DNA from: Ophelia neglecta
Taxonomy: Eukaryota
Direction of reading: 5' to 3'
DNA length: 64,000 bases
Assembly (NCBI GenBank): GCA_965285935.1
Contig: OZ260664.1
Location: 106,888,001-106,952,000 of the forward strand
A program made the position numbers and the translations under genes. Numbering within the stretch: position 1 is the first letter of the stretch; each line of letters opens with the position of its first letter. The notes beneath the pieces were generated by a model. That model did not search any database. It saw only the letters and a list, made by a program, of their open reading frames with translations, and was not told the origin of the DNA. This document shows positions 48,220 to 62,900 of this stretch, piece by piece.

Positions 48220-51115
48220 TTCCTAACATGCCTAACATCACACCTCACCTTCCTGGTTGTTTTACACTGTGATATCCCTAACATCAGACCTCGTCTTCCT
48301 GGTTGTTTTACACTGTGATATCCCTAACATCAGACCTCGTCTTCCAGTCTGTTATACACTGTGATATCCCTAACATCACACCTCGTCTTCCAGTTTGTTA
48401 CACACTGTTACATCCCTAACATCACACCTCGTCTTCCAGTCTGTTATACACTGTGACATCCCTAACATCACATCTCGTCTTCCAGTCTGTTATACACTGT
48501 GACATCCCTAACATCACACCTCGTCTTCCAGTCTGTTATACACTGTGATATCCCCAACATCACACCTCGTCTTCCTGTCTGTTATACACTGTGATATCCT
48601 TAACATCAGACCTCGTCAACTGGTCTGTTATACACTGTGACATCCCTATCATCACACCTCGTCTTCTAGTCTGTTATACACTGTGATATCCCTAACATTA
48701 CCCCTCGTCTTCCAGTCTGTTATACACTGTGACATCCCTCACACCTCGTCTTCCAGTCTGTTATACACTGTGATATCCCTATCATCACACCTCGTCTTCC
48801 AGTCTGTTATACACTGTGATATCCCTCACACCTCGTCTTCCAGTCCGTTATACACTGTGATATCCCTCACACCTCGTCTTCCAGTCTGTTATACACTGTG
48901 ATATCCCTATCATCAAACCTCGTCTTCCTGGCTGTTATACACTGTGATATCCTTAACATCACACCTCGTCTTCCAGACTGTTACACACTGTGACATCCCT
49001 ATCATCACACCTCGCCTTCCAGTCTGTTATACACTGTGAAATCCCTAACATCAAACCTCGTCTTCCGGTCTGTTTTACACTGTGATATCCCTAACATCAG
49101 ACCTCGTCTTCCAGTCTGTTATACACTGTGATATCCCTAACATCAGACCTCGTCAACTGGTCTGTTATACACTGTGACATCCCTATCATCACACCTCGTC
49201 TTCTAGTCTGTTATACACTGTGATATCCCTAACATTACCCCTCGTCTTCCAGTCTGTTATACACTGTGACATCCCTCACACCTCGTCTTCCAGTCTGTTA
49301 TACACTGTGATATCCCTATCATCACACCTCGTCTTCCAGTCTGTTATACACTGTTATATCCCTCACCCCTCGTCTTCCAGTCCGTTATACACTGTGATAT
49401 CCCTCACACCTCGTCTTCCAGTCTGTTATACACTGTGATATCCCTATCATCACACCTCGTCTTCCAGTCTGTTATACACTGTGATATCCCTCACCCCTCG
49501 TCTTCCAGTCCGTTATACACTGTGATATCCCTAACATCACACCTCGTCTTCCAGTCTGTTATACACTGTGATATCCCTAACATCACACCTCGTCTTCCTG
49601 GCTGTTATACACTGTGATATCCCTCACACCTCGTCTTCCAGTCTGTTATACACTGTGATATCCCAATCATCACACCTCGTCTTCCAGTCTGTTATACACT
49701 GTGATATCCCTAACATCAGACCTCGTCTTCCAGTCTGTTATACACTGTGATATTCCTCACACCTCGTCTTCCAGTCCGTTATACACTGTGAAATTCCTCA
49801 CACCTCGTCTTCCAGTCTGTTATACACTGTGATATCCCTATCATCACACCTCGTCTTCTTGGCTGTTATACACTGTGATATCCTTAACATCACACCTCGT
49901 CTTCCAGTCTGTTATACACTGTGACATCCCTAACATCACACCTCGCCTTCCAGTCTGTTATACACTGTGATATCCCTCACACCTCGTCTTCCAGTCTGTT
50001 ATACACTGTGATATCCCTATCATCACACCTCGTCTTCCAGTCTGTTATACACTGTTATATCCCTCACACCTCGTCTTCCAGTCCGTTATACACTGTGAAA
50101 TTCCTCACACCTCGTCTTCCAGTCTGTTATACACTGTGATATCCCTATCATCACACCTCGTCTTCTTGGCTGTTATACACTGTGATATCCTTAACATCAC
50201 ACCTCGTCTTCCAGTCTGTTATACACTGTGATATCCCTATCATCACATCTCGTCTTCCAGTCTGTTATACACTGTGACATCCCTAACATCACACCTCGCC
50301 TTCCAGTCTGTTATACACTGTGATATCCCTAACATCAGACTTCGCCTTCCAGTCTGTTATACACTGTGAAATCCCTAACATCAAACCTCGTCTTCCGGTC
50401 TGTTTTACACTGTGATATCCCTAACATCACACCTCGTTTTCCAGTCTGTTATACACTGTGATATCCCTCACACCTCGTCTTCCAGTCTGTTATACACTGT
50501 GATATCCCTATCATCACACCTCGTCTTCCAGTCTGTTATACACTGTGATATCCCTCACACCTCGTCTTCCAGTCCATTATACACTGTGAAATTCCTCACA
50601 CCTCGTCTTCCAGTCTGTTATACACTGTGATATCCATATCATCACACCTCTTCTTCTTGGCTGTTATACACTGTGATATCCTTAACATCCCACCTCGTCT
50701 TCCAGTCTGTTATACACTGTGATATCCCTATCATCACATCTTGTCTTCCAGTCTGTTATACACTGTGACATCCCTAACATCACACCTCGCCTTCCAGTCT
50801 GTTATACACTGTGATATCCCTAACATCAGACTTCGCCTTCCAGTCTGTTATACACTGTGAAATCCCTAACATCAAACCTCGTCTTCCGGTCTGTTTTACA
50901 CTGTGATATCCCTAACATCACACCTCGTTTTCCAGTCTGTTATACACTGTGATATCCCTCACACCTCGTCTTCCAGTCTGTTATACATTGTGATATCCCT
51001 AACATCACACCTCGTCTTCCAGTCTGTTATACACTGTGATATCCCTTACATCACGCCTAGTCACCCAGTCTGTAACATACTGTGACATCCCTATCATCAC
51101 ACCTCGCCTTCTAGT
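48220..51115. repeat. 2.9-kb satellite of 46-bp and 41-bp monomers (~65 units) with higher-order repeats
   Basis: Unit cactgtgatatccct[aacat]cacacctcgtcttccagtctgttata; variant blocks recur at 537-bp (48683/49220) and 491-bp (49921/50412/50903) spacing. Confidence 0.97.
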
Positions 51116-51826
51116 CAGGGAGGCAGCGTATTAGCCATAACATCAAACCCCATCTTGTCATTTATAGCCATTTCGGACAATATGCATTTTTGTTAACAAC
51201 CTCCGACCACAAGACCACACGAACCAATAAATAATTCAGCCTGCTACACCTGCTACAGTTCTCCCTATAGCCCTCTTCACACCAACGGACGGGAGGGCAA
51301 GCTTTATACTGATTGAAACTAGTTAAATGAAGTGGCGTTCTTGGCTGACAGATGCTGTCGGACGACACGTGGTCGCCACGTTCGGCTCTTGTTCTCTCTC
51401 CGACTCATTGATGTACACCCAGCTTATTGCTTCTTAACACGTCTCCCGGAATTTCAGAGTCGTGATCGCATTCCATAGGAGTGCCTCGATTGCTTTTCGG
51501 TCCATATTTTTTGTGATCAACCATTAAAATGCCAGCTTTGTTATCAATAAACGTTAACTACGGCTAATTCTAGCGACCAAACTATGTGTTTTGTTCACAA
51601 TGAAGCGTTAATGACAAACGTGAAAGAATTTAGTTTCACAGGAGTTGGATAGATATACCCGTGTCTTCCTTTAGTTTTTCCACATCATATCATTGGCTAA
51701 TGACATGTTGGCGCATATTGGTATAATAAAGAATGTAGTTGGTGTAAAATGTAGGTGAAGTAAAAAGTTTACGGCTTGTCCTTTGTCCTTCACGCAACTA
51801 AAGATATGTTTGGCGAATAAACATAA

Positions 51827-52037
51827 GGGGCCAACCATTTGATAATGTAGGAGGGGATGGATGGATGGATGGATGGATGTTTGTCACACTATTTGAGAAA
51901 AAAAATGTTTGTCTTGAACATTTTGAAAAAGTCATAGATGACCTTACAGAAGAAAAAATGTTTGCAGGGGAATTATGAGGGAAAAAAAGATTGTTTTAGA
52001 GGTAGCAAAAAAATGTTTAAAAAAAATATTCTCACCC

Positions 52038-52068
<31 letters not shown>

Positions 52069-52092
52069 ACACATTATCAAATGGTCGGCCCC
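51827..52092. mobile_element. PIF/Harbinger-like MITE
   Basis: TAA|GGGGCCAACCATTTGATAATGT ... ACATTATCAAATGGTCGGCCCC|TAA; contains (GGAT)n, poly-C and (CA)n. Confidence 0.85.
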
Positions 52093-52249
52093 TAAAAGAA
52101 GGTGTTGACTTTCCTGGTCAAGGCCGTCCATCGGAACACCCAAAATATGTGGCATCGGTTGATCTGGAGAGAGGCAACCCCGTATTAGACCAGCATTTAC
52201 GTCTAAAAGGTTAGTTAGTCGTCCCATATTTGCTAAAGACAGGGAGAGC

Positions 52250-52930
52250 TGGGTGGGGGTAGGAGAAGGTGTGGGAATTGGACGGGATCCGCAGTCGGAG
52301 GGGTGGGGGCAGGCTCAGGACCCGGAGTAGGAAGGGGACGGGTCCCGCAGTCGGAGGGGTGGGGGCAGGCTCAGGACCCGGAGTAGGAATTGGACGGGAT
52401 CCGCAGTCGGAGGGGTGGGGGCAGGCTCAGGACCCGGAGTAGGAAGGGTACGGGTCCCGCAGAAGCGGATTGAGGGCACAGTAGAAGGATGGGGAGGGGG
52501 TAGGCTCAGGAAAAATCAGGGGTTGTGGAGAAGGGAACATGCTCGGATGAAGTGATGGGGAGTGGACGGGCTCAGGAGAAGTGATGGGGAGTGGACAGGC
52601 CAAGGATATGTTGTGTGATGGATTAGGCTCAGATGAAGTGATGGGGAGTGGACAGGCACAGAAGTGATGGGGAGGGGCGGGCTCAGGATATGTTGTGCGA
52701 GGGATCAAGCTAAGATGAATTGGTGGAGAAGAGTCAGGTAAATGGTTAGGAGGAGAGACACACAAGAGAAATGGAGGGTATAGACAGGCTGAAAAGAAAT
52801 GTTATGGGCGGGGGGGGGGGGGGGGGTCAGCCCATCTTAAGTCTCTAGGAGTGCAGAAGGTGGCAGTCTCAGGTGAAGTAATGGAGGGGAAATGGTAAGC
52901 AGAAGTGGATGCGGGGGAGGGGGGGGGCAG
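52250..52930. repeat. G-rich tract: 56-bp repeat x3 decaying into ggctcagga/gaagtgatgggga repeats
   Basis: gcagtcggag at 52291, 52347 and 52403. Confidence 0.88.
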
Positions 52931-55401
52931 ATCCTCTACTTCTCGCCTTTGCTCCAATTGCATCCATCGGAGTAATTTCGATCACAGTTATCCAGGCTTC
53001 TCTCGCTCACATATCTCAGTAAAGGCAACATAGATTGGCTTGACATACTAAGACCACCCGGCCCGGAGGTCCATGGACAGTGGATCGGGCACTCGGCCCT
53101 TTATTTATCATGATTATTTGGTTGAGATAATGACATTTGATAGGAATGACTGTTTGCAATAAGTACGATCATCATCTCCGCCTGGGTTGTCAGTGACAAT
53201 GGCCAGGGTCTGGTCGACCTAATCGGCCGTGAGGGCCCACTCAGGCAGACTTCATAGGCCGATGGGACTTAGATACCCTCCTAGCGGGCTTCCCTTTTAA
53301 GACATCATTCATGGTGCATTACTTCTATATACGATATACTTAACGTTAGACCTAAGTACAGTTCTTGGGAAAAGACATGAAATGTGTTGTATACATTATC
53401 TAAATGTAATTATATGGCTCTCTAAGGACCCTCTCATTAGAAATTCTAGGATGATCAGCCACGTTTAATCTTGGTGTCGAGATACTAGCTCGAAGCAACA
53501 CATATCTTGACTGCGGAATGGGAAAATGCTCCTTTATTTATCACGCGGAGTTTGTATACACAGCGGGACTTTGATATTTGATAGACACGACTGTTTGCAA
53601 TAAATCAGATTTCTCCCGCTTGGGCTGTCACTGAGAATGGCCAGCGTCCGGTGGATTTAACAAGGAATAAGAGGCAGCTAGGGGAGTCTCGTTAGGGCTC
53701 CATGGGTAGAGGTCGCCTCAGCCCTACCCGAGACGAGGCGGTAGGCGGAGATTAGTATTATGGGATGGTGGGCGGGGGGGGGGGGAGGTATTATTAATAT
53801 AGAAGACTCTCTTCGCTACTGCCAAGGTCTTTGTGAGTGTTCTATTCCTTGGGGCCTCCTTAAGTCATCCTAGGTCACCTTACTGCACCTTGTAGCTAGT
53901 TAGCAGACAGAGAAAAAAACTAATCAAGGGTATTCTTAATCCGATGTGTTTACGTAAGCCGGAGCTCAGTGACAGAACGTCAAAGCCTTTAGTGGAGCGT
54001 CGGTGAGAACTCGTATCCACTTAGGAAAGTTAAACTGCTAGTTTTACTTGATAAGACTCATTTATACAATCGATCCATGAATCTCGCGGGAAACTCATAT
54101 ATAAGAATAGTATATCATGTCCTGACATTTTGTTCGCTGTGTGCGTCCTACCATAACGCTATATTGCGTGCTCCTTTCTATTAAAATTACGCAGTACTAT
54201 GTCTCTACTTGGGCTTGCCTGTCATAACAACTTGGTGCACATTCCTTCTGTTAGGTCAGTGCAGTGAGAGTATTAATCAGTCACCTCGTCTGCCTGGGCT
54301 TGGTCCTTTTGTGAGAAGATCGAGGCATGCCACCACCTGCAGAGTACCAAATTAATAATATCGTCATGATGGCAGGACGAGTGGCCAAGAACCATTTAAT
54401 CCACGCCATAAGATCAGGATCTGGATTGGAATGTATTATGAACCAGGTGATCTGCTGGTGATTGCACTCTGAGTGAAGTGGTAACCTGCAGTGCAGAATG
54501 TAGTTATTACCCCTAATAGTCACGATCAATACATTTGGTCACGCGCGCAGGAATACATCTAGGTATCAAGGCGTGCCGTTATTACATCCCATAGCACACG
54601 AAAGCATAAGCCATGCCACTACTACGAGGGTTTTAGATATTCCGATTTCTCTTTGTAGCATGTAAATATTGAGTCTCCTGTGCTATAATGGTGAACAATC
54701 TCGCACTTTCTAACGGATATTACAACTCATACACATGTTTTTTTTGTTATACATGTTTGATTATTACGTATTCTTAGTTATATAACCCAGTAAACACTCA
54801 ATCATCATCGACATACTATACGAGTGTTGAATGAAACTCAAAACAGGACAGGACTTATGATCTATTCCTCAATATGAGCTGTGCTTACGTTTTCATGTTT
54901 TATAAGAATTTTCGCTTGCTGGCTGTCTTAGAACAATAGATTAACTCTCCCAGCGCACAGTTCCTTCTATTGTCAGCAGATGGCGTGGTGAGAGGCAGGT
55001 TACATTCGCTAGAACTTATGAATTGTTTGCTTATATTCGCATTGGGAAAACTTGGCAGGCCTACTGAATACAAACTGTTTGAACCTTCCAGACAATTTTG
55101 GTTGGGTGGGCTATTCTTGATGTGCTATAGTTTTTCTCTGGCTGCCGGGAATCCACTCCAGGTTTTCTAAAGAGGAATTACATTAAATACCTACTCCACA
55201 ATGCAGTAAAAATAGTGGTCACTATGAACAATGTTCCTCGACTGGCAGCTTTGGTGTGAAAAAAGAGTTGGAAACAAAATTAACTCTTGCTGCCTGCATC
55301 GATATTCATTATCAGCCGAAACATTGTCAAAAGCAATACCAAATCTCTAAATTGGCAAGGAATTTGAATTATCATTTATGGCTGAACATCATTCAAGTAA
55401 G

Positions 55402-55860
55402 CGCAGTTGGGGAGGGCCGTTAACGGGGCACTGTACCAGGACTGACAAGGATACACCGACGCAGCCAGTTGGGGAGGGCCTTTAACGGGGCACTCTACCA
55501 GGACTGACCAGGACTCACCGCCCCACCAGTTGTGGAGGGCCGTTAACGGGCACTCTACCAGGACTGACCAGGACACACCGACGCAGCCAGTTGGGGAGGG
55601 CCTTTAACGGGGCACTGTACCAGGACTGACCAGGACTCACCGCCCCACCAGTTGGGGAGGGCCGTTAACGGGGCACTCTACCAGTACAGGAGGACCTTTA
55701 ACCAGGACTGACCAGGACTCACCGCCCCACCAGTTGGGGAGGGCCGCTAACGGGGCACTCTACCAAGACCGACCAGGACTCACTGACGCAGCCAGTTGGG
55801 GAGGACCTTCAACGTGGCACTCTACCAGGACAGACCAGGACACACCGACGCAGACAGTTG
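55402..55860. repeat. ~60-62-bp minisatellite, ~7 units, two alternating subtypes
   Basis: cagttggggagggcc...ggggcactctaccaggactgaccagga units. Confidence 0.92.
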
Positions 55861-58800
55861 CGCACACACACAACTTTCATCAATGAAATAATGGAAACTT
55901 TTAATAATCATTCATGACAAGTCACAGTCTTCCAAATGTCTGTTTCTCAGGAGAGATTATCAGCAGCGTCTCCCACATGAGTATTATGGTCAGACGTTTA
56001 CCAATGTGTCAATAGTCTGGTGCTGCCCTGCTCACCAAGTGTTAAGGCAAAAGGAAGACCAGGGTGATTGTTAAAGGCCCGGAATCGGTTTTAGTGATCA
56101 GTTTAGTGTATACTACAGTTTGAGATACATTTTATGAATGACGTTAGTCTATATATTTCTATTTATTTAATGTAGGAAATTTTTATTTGTTATGTGTTGT
56201 TTAATATTTGCATGTTATTATGTCATGTCATGTTATCATTATGGGTGACAAATAACAATTAAGTGTTTTATTTACAGCTGTTTACAGATATCTTTATGTA
56301 ATCGCTTGATATTTACTAATAGTTGTCGCTAGTAATATCATATATCTTTTTTGATGAGAACAATAATCTTCTTTTATTTATGAGCATAGAAGTTGGTATA
56401 ATATTATTAAAAGGTAAAAGAAAAACGAAAGCGTGAGAGCGGGATAAAGGTTGGAATTTTGTAATGTGAACTTTGAAATGTAACGAGATGCTGACATTTA
56501 GACATAACTACAAACAGGTTTATCCTTTTCCGATATACAATCTGATTAATTGCTAAAATAGAAAGTCTTAGTTCTAGTTTTACTATACTATCTGAATAAA
56601 GCATACATTTATTCAGCCTTTGTAATGCAGCCCTTTTGCACTTGTACTTTTGATCGGTATGATATTTTGCAATGAGGTTATATGCCCTGATTAGGGGGGG
56701 GGGGGGGGGGGACCAATCCTCTTTGGCCACGATTCGTTTAGCGCACACATCTATGTGGTCGTGGATTATTTTTTAAATATTTGTATTGTGTATACCATTA
56801 AGCATTTGTATTGAGCAATTATATCGAGATCACTTAACCATATGTGATTTGAATTTTGAATAGGAGTGTGTTATGTAATACTTCACTTATAGTGTTTTAA
56901 GTTGTTATTTCCACAACTTAAGGTCTGTTGAAAAAGCTACATGGCAAAGTTAGGCAATTGTGACATCTTATATGTGTCTGCTAGGCGTACTGGGGAAACT
57001 TCAAAATTTGTATTGGTCGCTCAGTTTCGCGTTTTGCTCATTACATCGTTTTGGCTTTGCATGGCATTTACGCCTTCAATAAACCATGTTTATTTTATAT
57101 AATGATGTGTTATTCATCGTGTGGGCCATAACAACTACTGTTTATAGGAAGTTGTTCGCACTGGTAGCGTGAGTTGGAGGTATAAAAGTAAAACAAGGTG
57201 AGAGTTATCACTCGGGATGTGCGACTTTACAGCCCTGTTTATATCAGAGCAAATAAAACATTGATCAAAGATATAAAAATGGGTTAAGGTCGCAAACCCT
57301 TTGGCGAATACCTATACAATGGCGTGATAAGGTGATATAAAGGTTGCAATGGACGATAATCAGGGCCCCCTATAACATAAACGCCAGACTGCTCCTTAGC
57401 CACACCAGCTTTGCGTGAATGTAGTTTGACAGTTAGAGTTATATGGGTCCATTGTGTTAGTGGATGTAGCGTGTCTGAGTCCCGTTTTAAGAAGACAGGA
57501 ACAATAAACTGTCTGTGTCTGAGAGGGCGAATCCACCTGGCAAGCCGGGGGTGGGGTTTAGAGGGGCTTAAGAGAGGGGTCACTACGGTAGTTTATAAAA
57601 GGATAACTGCATAAGGGGACCCAGAGGGGGTCAGAATGTTTGAACTATTCTAAACCACTAATTGCGTGCTGAATGCCAGGTATCTAGGACAGTGTTTTTC
57701 TTTGAGGTAATTTAATTTCGTCAAGCTTCCCTCAAATTCCTAGGTCTTTGACTTATAGGTTTTTTTCTGCCTAAGACTCCATATAGATATATACCATGAA
57801 GCTTACACATTGTTATTCATAACAAACCAAGGTGAATATTAACTACACAAACATCTTTAAATTGTGTTCGGCACTTGGAGTAGATTACTTGGCATAAAGG
57901 TATAAAAAAGCACGGGTATTTTCCTGCACATAGCGTGTAAATTATTAACAATAAGCTGGTTGTTTTTATTATTGAGCTTTATATGACACCACAGGGAGAT
58001 TATTGCGAGCCAAATAACCTCGACGCCGCCATGTTTTATTGCGCTATTCACTGTTACCGAACGGTTTATCAAGCTTAAGATTTCGCTTGGCTTTTCAGGA
58101 CAAAATGACATTTGGTGAGCGATTTATTGAAAAGCCAATGTTCATTATATCCCGATTGTAGTGATTATACCTAGGAGCAAAACATACGCGGTTTATAGAA
58201 TTTTACACAAATGACATTGGCCTAGCCAAAGAACACACTTGTTTTTTTGTTTTTTTTATGTGTGCTCCCATACACCCATTTATGAAGTTGTCATTTCTTC
58301 TATTGTGTTTAGAGCTAATGATATATTAATAATAAATAATCAATCAATCAATCAATCAATCAAAAGTCATCAATCAAGCCCCCAGCCTGCGCTGCCCATT
58401 TGTATCTGGACGTGTACTAATTAACAAATAACAGTATGTTACTGAAGCCTAATGGCCTGATACACCCATGAAGTCTGAGCACTTAATATATCTGAATGGG
58501 TCTATCAGTTCATAAATGAGTATTAATACCATACTGCTACTCCCTTTAATACATAGCCGACCAATTATCGACAGAGAAATACTAGTAAATTCACCTCAAT
58601 GATCATGAGATGGTCCCTCAATTCCATGATAGCCATCTTTAAATAAGGCAAGCTTGGCTGTTCCCCTATGTGGACTGACCGGCTGCAGTCATTCATAAAA
58701 TATGAATACGCTAGCAATGACGTACCCGGCACACTATATTGTTACATCGTTATATTGGCACTTTGTGTAATTATCTGGCCTATATGTTTGTCATATTCTC

Positions 58801-59214
58801 AAGTTATTTTTATACACTCATCTTGAAATCTGACTTGGTGTACAAGGCTCACTCGCTAACAGGCTTGGCATTGTTTTGGTCTAAAATCGCTGACAAGCAG
58901 AATCTGCTTTCTATTATATAACTGGTAATAGAATAGTTAGTCTCTATAACTGTTGTTGGATATTTCCTAGAATCTTGAAAAATTGTTATTTTTTGGTATA
59001 TGTTTCTCTTTGGCAGATGCACTTTGGTTCATTGGCGCTTCTGTGGTGAAACATATGGACAGTTTGTGCCCACTTCCCTTTTTCATTTTAATGAATGCAA
59101 ATGAAAAGATGTATAAATATAAATTCCAATGTTAATAAACTGAACTGAACTTATTATTGACCCTTGTTATGTTCGCAAGGCACTTTTACTACCTTCGTGG
59201 TCAGGTAATGTTCA

Positions 59215-59950
59215 ACTCTTCATACTAGAAACTGAAAGACTGGTGAGACTGTTAGCCAGTGCAGCTCGTACAGGAGACGGCTAACATGGTCTCTTCTGAG
59301 ACAAATTATTTTGTTGGTATCAGTATTTAAAGGTTTGCGGATATGCAGGACTTTGCGAAGGTGGATTTGGCCCGAATAAACTACACTAGACACCTGGTCA
59401 TCCATGGAGGGGGAAGTCCCAAATTACGAACTAGTTTTTTTTCTTTGACAACGGCTGTCGTGTCTCCCACTGAACGTGAATTTAGTTTATCAATGTTTCT
59501 TTCCCACGTGATATCTAACATGTAAGAGTCTAGTTTCAGAAAGGTATGAGTCATTCATTTCTGAACAACAGACAAGCATTTATCCATGGTTGAGATACCA
59601 GGGTCAAAATGTTCAGGAGCCAAGTGGATCACCGCTAGATATATGTGGATGTCATCTGCATTCATGTGCATATTAACCCCATGACGGCCTATGAGGAGTC
59701 CCAACGGAAGCATATAAATAAAGAACGTAACGTGCACGAGGACAGACTCCTGAGGGACCCCACGCGGAAGACGCCCCGGATGATATTGGACAGCTCCTAT
59801 CCTAACAGACCGCCTGCAGTCCGAAGGGTTTGCATTCCTAATAGTCAGGCTCCGTGCTCAACAAGTCTTAAGACACTTGAGAAACGTCAATCCTGGTGGG
59901 AATCAAATCATATAGGGTTTGTAATTACTGACGCATTTTCTCGATATTCA
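59215..59950 (-). mobile_element. Highly decayed L2/CR1-group LINE RT fragment
   Basis: Minus-strand peptides GVPQESVL, YMLPLG...HMNADDIHIY (YADD-like) and HVSRLLYELHWL. Confidence 0.8.
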
Positions 59951-62900
59951 TAAAACAAAGGTTTAATCAATTATTCTATAACTTTATTTACTCGAAATTT
60001 GTAGGATTTGGCTGGTCATTGGCATAAGGCCACCAAGTAAATCCATCTTTACTCGTACGAACTCGTTTGATTTACTGCAAGATGCAAATTATTATACTTT
60101 ATATACACAGGTATGTATTGGACATTACAGATATTCTATGTTACGAAGCTAATTTGTTGCTTATCTAACTGATTTTAGCCGAGATAATATTTGTCCTTAA
60201 TAGTTTTTTAAAATTTCTCTTTTAGATGCAATGACCACGCTCTCTGAATCTGAATACTATTGGAGACTAGAAACCAGTCACGTCATACATATATTAGTGT
60301 ACACGCTACCAAAACTAGACCATCTATGGAGCAACAAACGGGCTCACACACTAACAAAGCATTGTACTTCTTTGCTTGCATGAGAAGATGACCACAGTAA
60401 TAATGAAAGAATGTTCAGTCAAAGCAGCAAGATCCTGGGGAGAATCATGTTCCTTAAGAAGCCAGGCTTGTTTTTATAAGGAGAGTGTTGACCTCAGTAA
60501 GATAGGCTTTAACGTCTGCGCCTGCCCCTATTTTTCTTGCATTGTTGTGTTCATGTTTCGACCTATCCATGGCTTTGCTCTGTGTACCTTTAGCCAGTTT
60601 GTAATTTTTCTCGACCACATCAAGTATGGGACAGCTGTCGGGGCAGTCTGTGTTATTTGGACTTAAGATAGTGTGTTTAATTTGCGAAGAGTTGGTGAGT
60701 TTTTACAGACACGATGCGCGAATACAAAGTGGCAGGTGAGTCAATGCCAATTGTGTTTTAACTAGGTATGAAACATTCACCAGTCCAAAGTTAAACACAA
60801 ACAGCCCCATATGCCGGTGGTAGTTCATCGAGTCAAATGGCTGTAAATGTCTTCTGTTCTCTTTTCGGCTTCGGATACCGACAGCTAGTAATCAGGCTTC
60901 TTCCACGATGAAGGCATGCTATTGTAGTGACGGCCATATTCAGTTCATATGGTTATCCTCCTTTCTGGGTTTTCATTTTACATGTATAATTAAATTGTTG
61001 CTTAGCGATCCACACAAAATAAGTTCCGTTCTGTGCACGATCCAGGATTACCGACGTAGATATGGCAATGAAGGTCTCTGTGTAATTGCCTGGTAAATTG
61101 TTCAATTCCAAAAAGACACGTACCCGCGAAGAGCTAATATGTCAAAGTAATGGAAATGAAAATTGGAATTATCTTTGTGGGATAAATAATAAATGATAGT
61201 TAGATGAAGATATCAACTAGTGTAGCTGTGACTGGTATAGGCAAGCCTGCGTATGTTGGGATTGAGTGTGATCAGAGTGATATCTGTCCAGTCGACATCA
61301 AATGAAGGCTTGTGCCCAAGTGGATAGAATGGGAAGGCAATGTGCCTGTGTCAATCGCAAATCTTTTATAGCGGCTATTAACCTTGACAATATGGATTCA
61401 TTCTCTCTGTTATTCTACTCGTGTAATGTTATAACCAGTTTACACTCCCTAGCCCACTTTCCATGAATAATTGGGGCAAAATAGAAAGTTCAGTCTTCAA
61501 CGAAAAAAAACCCCAAAAGATTATCAATATCAATTGCAATATTTGGGGGCGGCAGAATTATTACTAATGTGGTACTGAATTGATAGGATTTTATTGCCTT
61601 CCATTGGACCCGTACTATGGTTCAACTGTGGCTGGGAAAAGAACTTATATTGTTTGATATATAATACATGAACGTTTCATGAAGATATCAACTAGCTTAG
61701 ACTGGTACAGAAAGAGTTAAATCAGACGGCATTGAGTTAATCACCTTCAACCTGTCACCTACTGTTATTAAACTGCAGTTAAGATAATTCAGAGGATGAT
61801 ACCAGCAGACAAATGTGAAATCAATAATCAGTAATTGTCCATTGAATCGACGCGAAATCATCAGGATTAGTGAAGCGAGAAGACCAAACAGCAATGGCCA
61901 ATTCCATAGGTGTCCTTTATGGTAAACACACATGATGTTCATCATACATCCATGCCATACATCTAGGCCACACTCTGATAGCATTCTGAAGGACGTCACC
62001 ATACATACCGGCTTGATTTAATGACATTCTAGAAGATGCCACCATATATCCCGGCCATGGTTGATGATATTAGTCACAAATAGACCATACGATCAGTCTG
62101 ACAGAATCCGGAACCGTCTGCGCATGTCCTCGGGCATCAATCGTCAACTGTCTTACTGGAAATAGGCAAAATCATTGTAACCAAAGTTGCCTTTAATAAA
62201 ATGGAAATTAACATAACTTACAATGTACATGTTCTTCTGAATAAAGATATTCAAAATGAGTTGTACAGATTTGACGGGGCCGTTTCAAGTATAAAATGAA
62301 ATTGAATATATTTTCCTTAACTACTGTGTCACAGCTAAGGCGAATAAAAATAAACCATCCCGCGTCACAACGCAGGGATCTGGTCAGAGTGCAAAGGCAC
62401 GGGCCACAATAAGGCCTAATGATTTACGGCTGCCGCGAAAATATCTACAATTAGAGCTGACTGATTTGGTTCTTTGGCGAAGGGATTGTGATTGGATGAA
62501 GAGAGGCAGTTTATACACAGTCATTCATTTGTGCTCCTTTACAGCTCCTCTGTGCAGCGGGCAATATGTGGTTACAGTCCAAGTTGGATCTAGTAGGCTA
62601 GTTGGTCAAACTGTGTGGTTGAGGCTTTGTCTCTATAATATCAGACACTCGCAATGAAAGCAATGTGCGTATAAATTGTGATTCAAACGATCACATACAT
62701 TTACCAATAGGCCCTTTTCTCTTCAGCTTATATCTATATTTCTGGCGAATGAAACTATTTTTCAGGCAGACACCAACCAAGAGGGGTGTCTTAATCCTAT
62801 GTGTTGATTTGGCAATTTGCGTCTAAATGAAGTTATGATTGAAACCGCATGAGACGTTTCATCTTAACGTTTAAATGTTACGTAAACATGCAGCGTGTCC

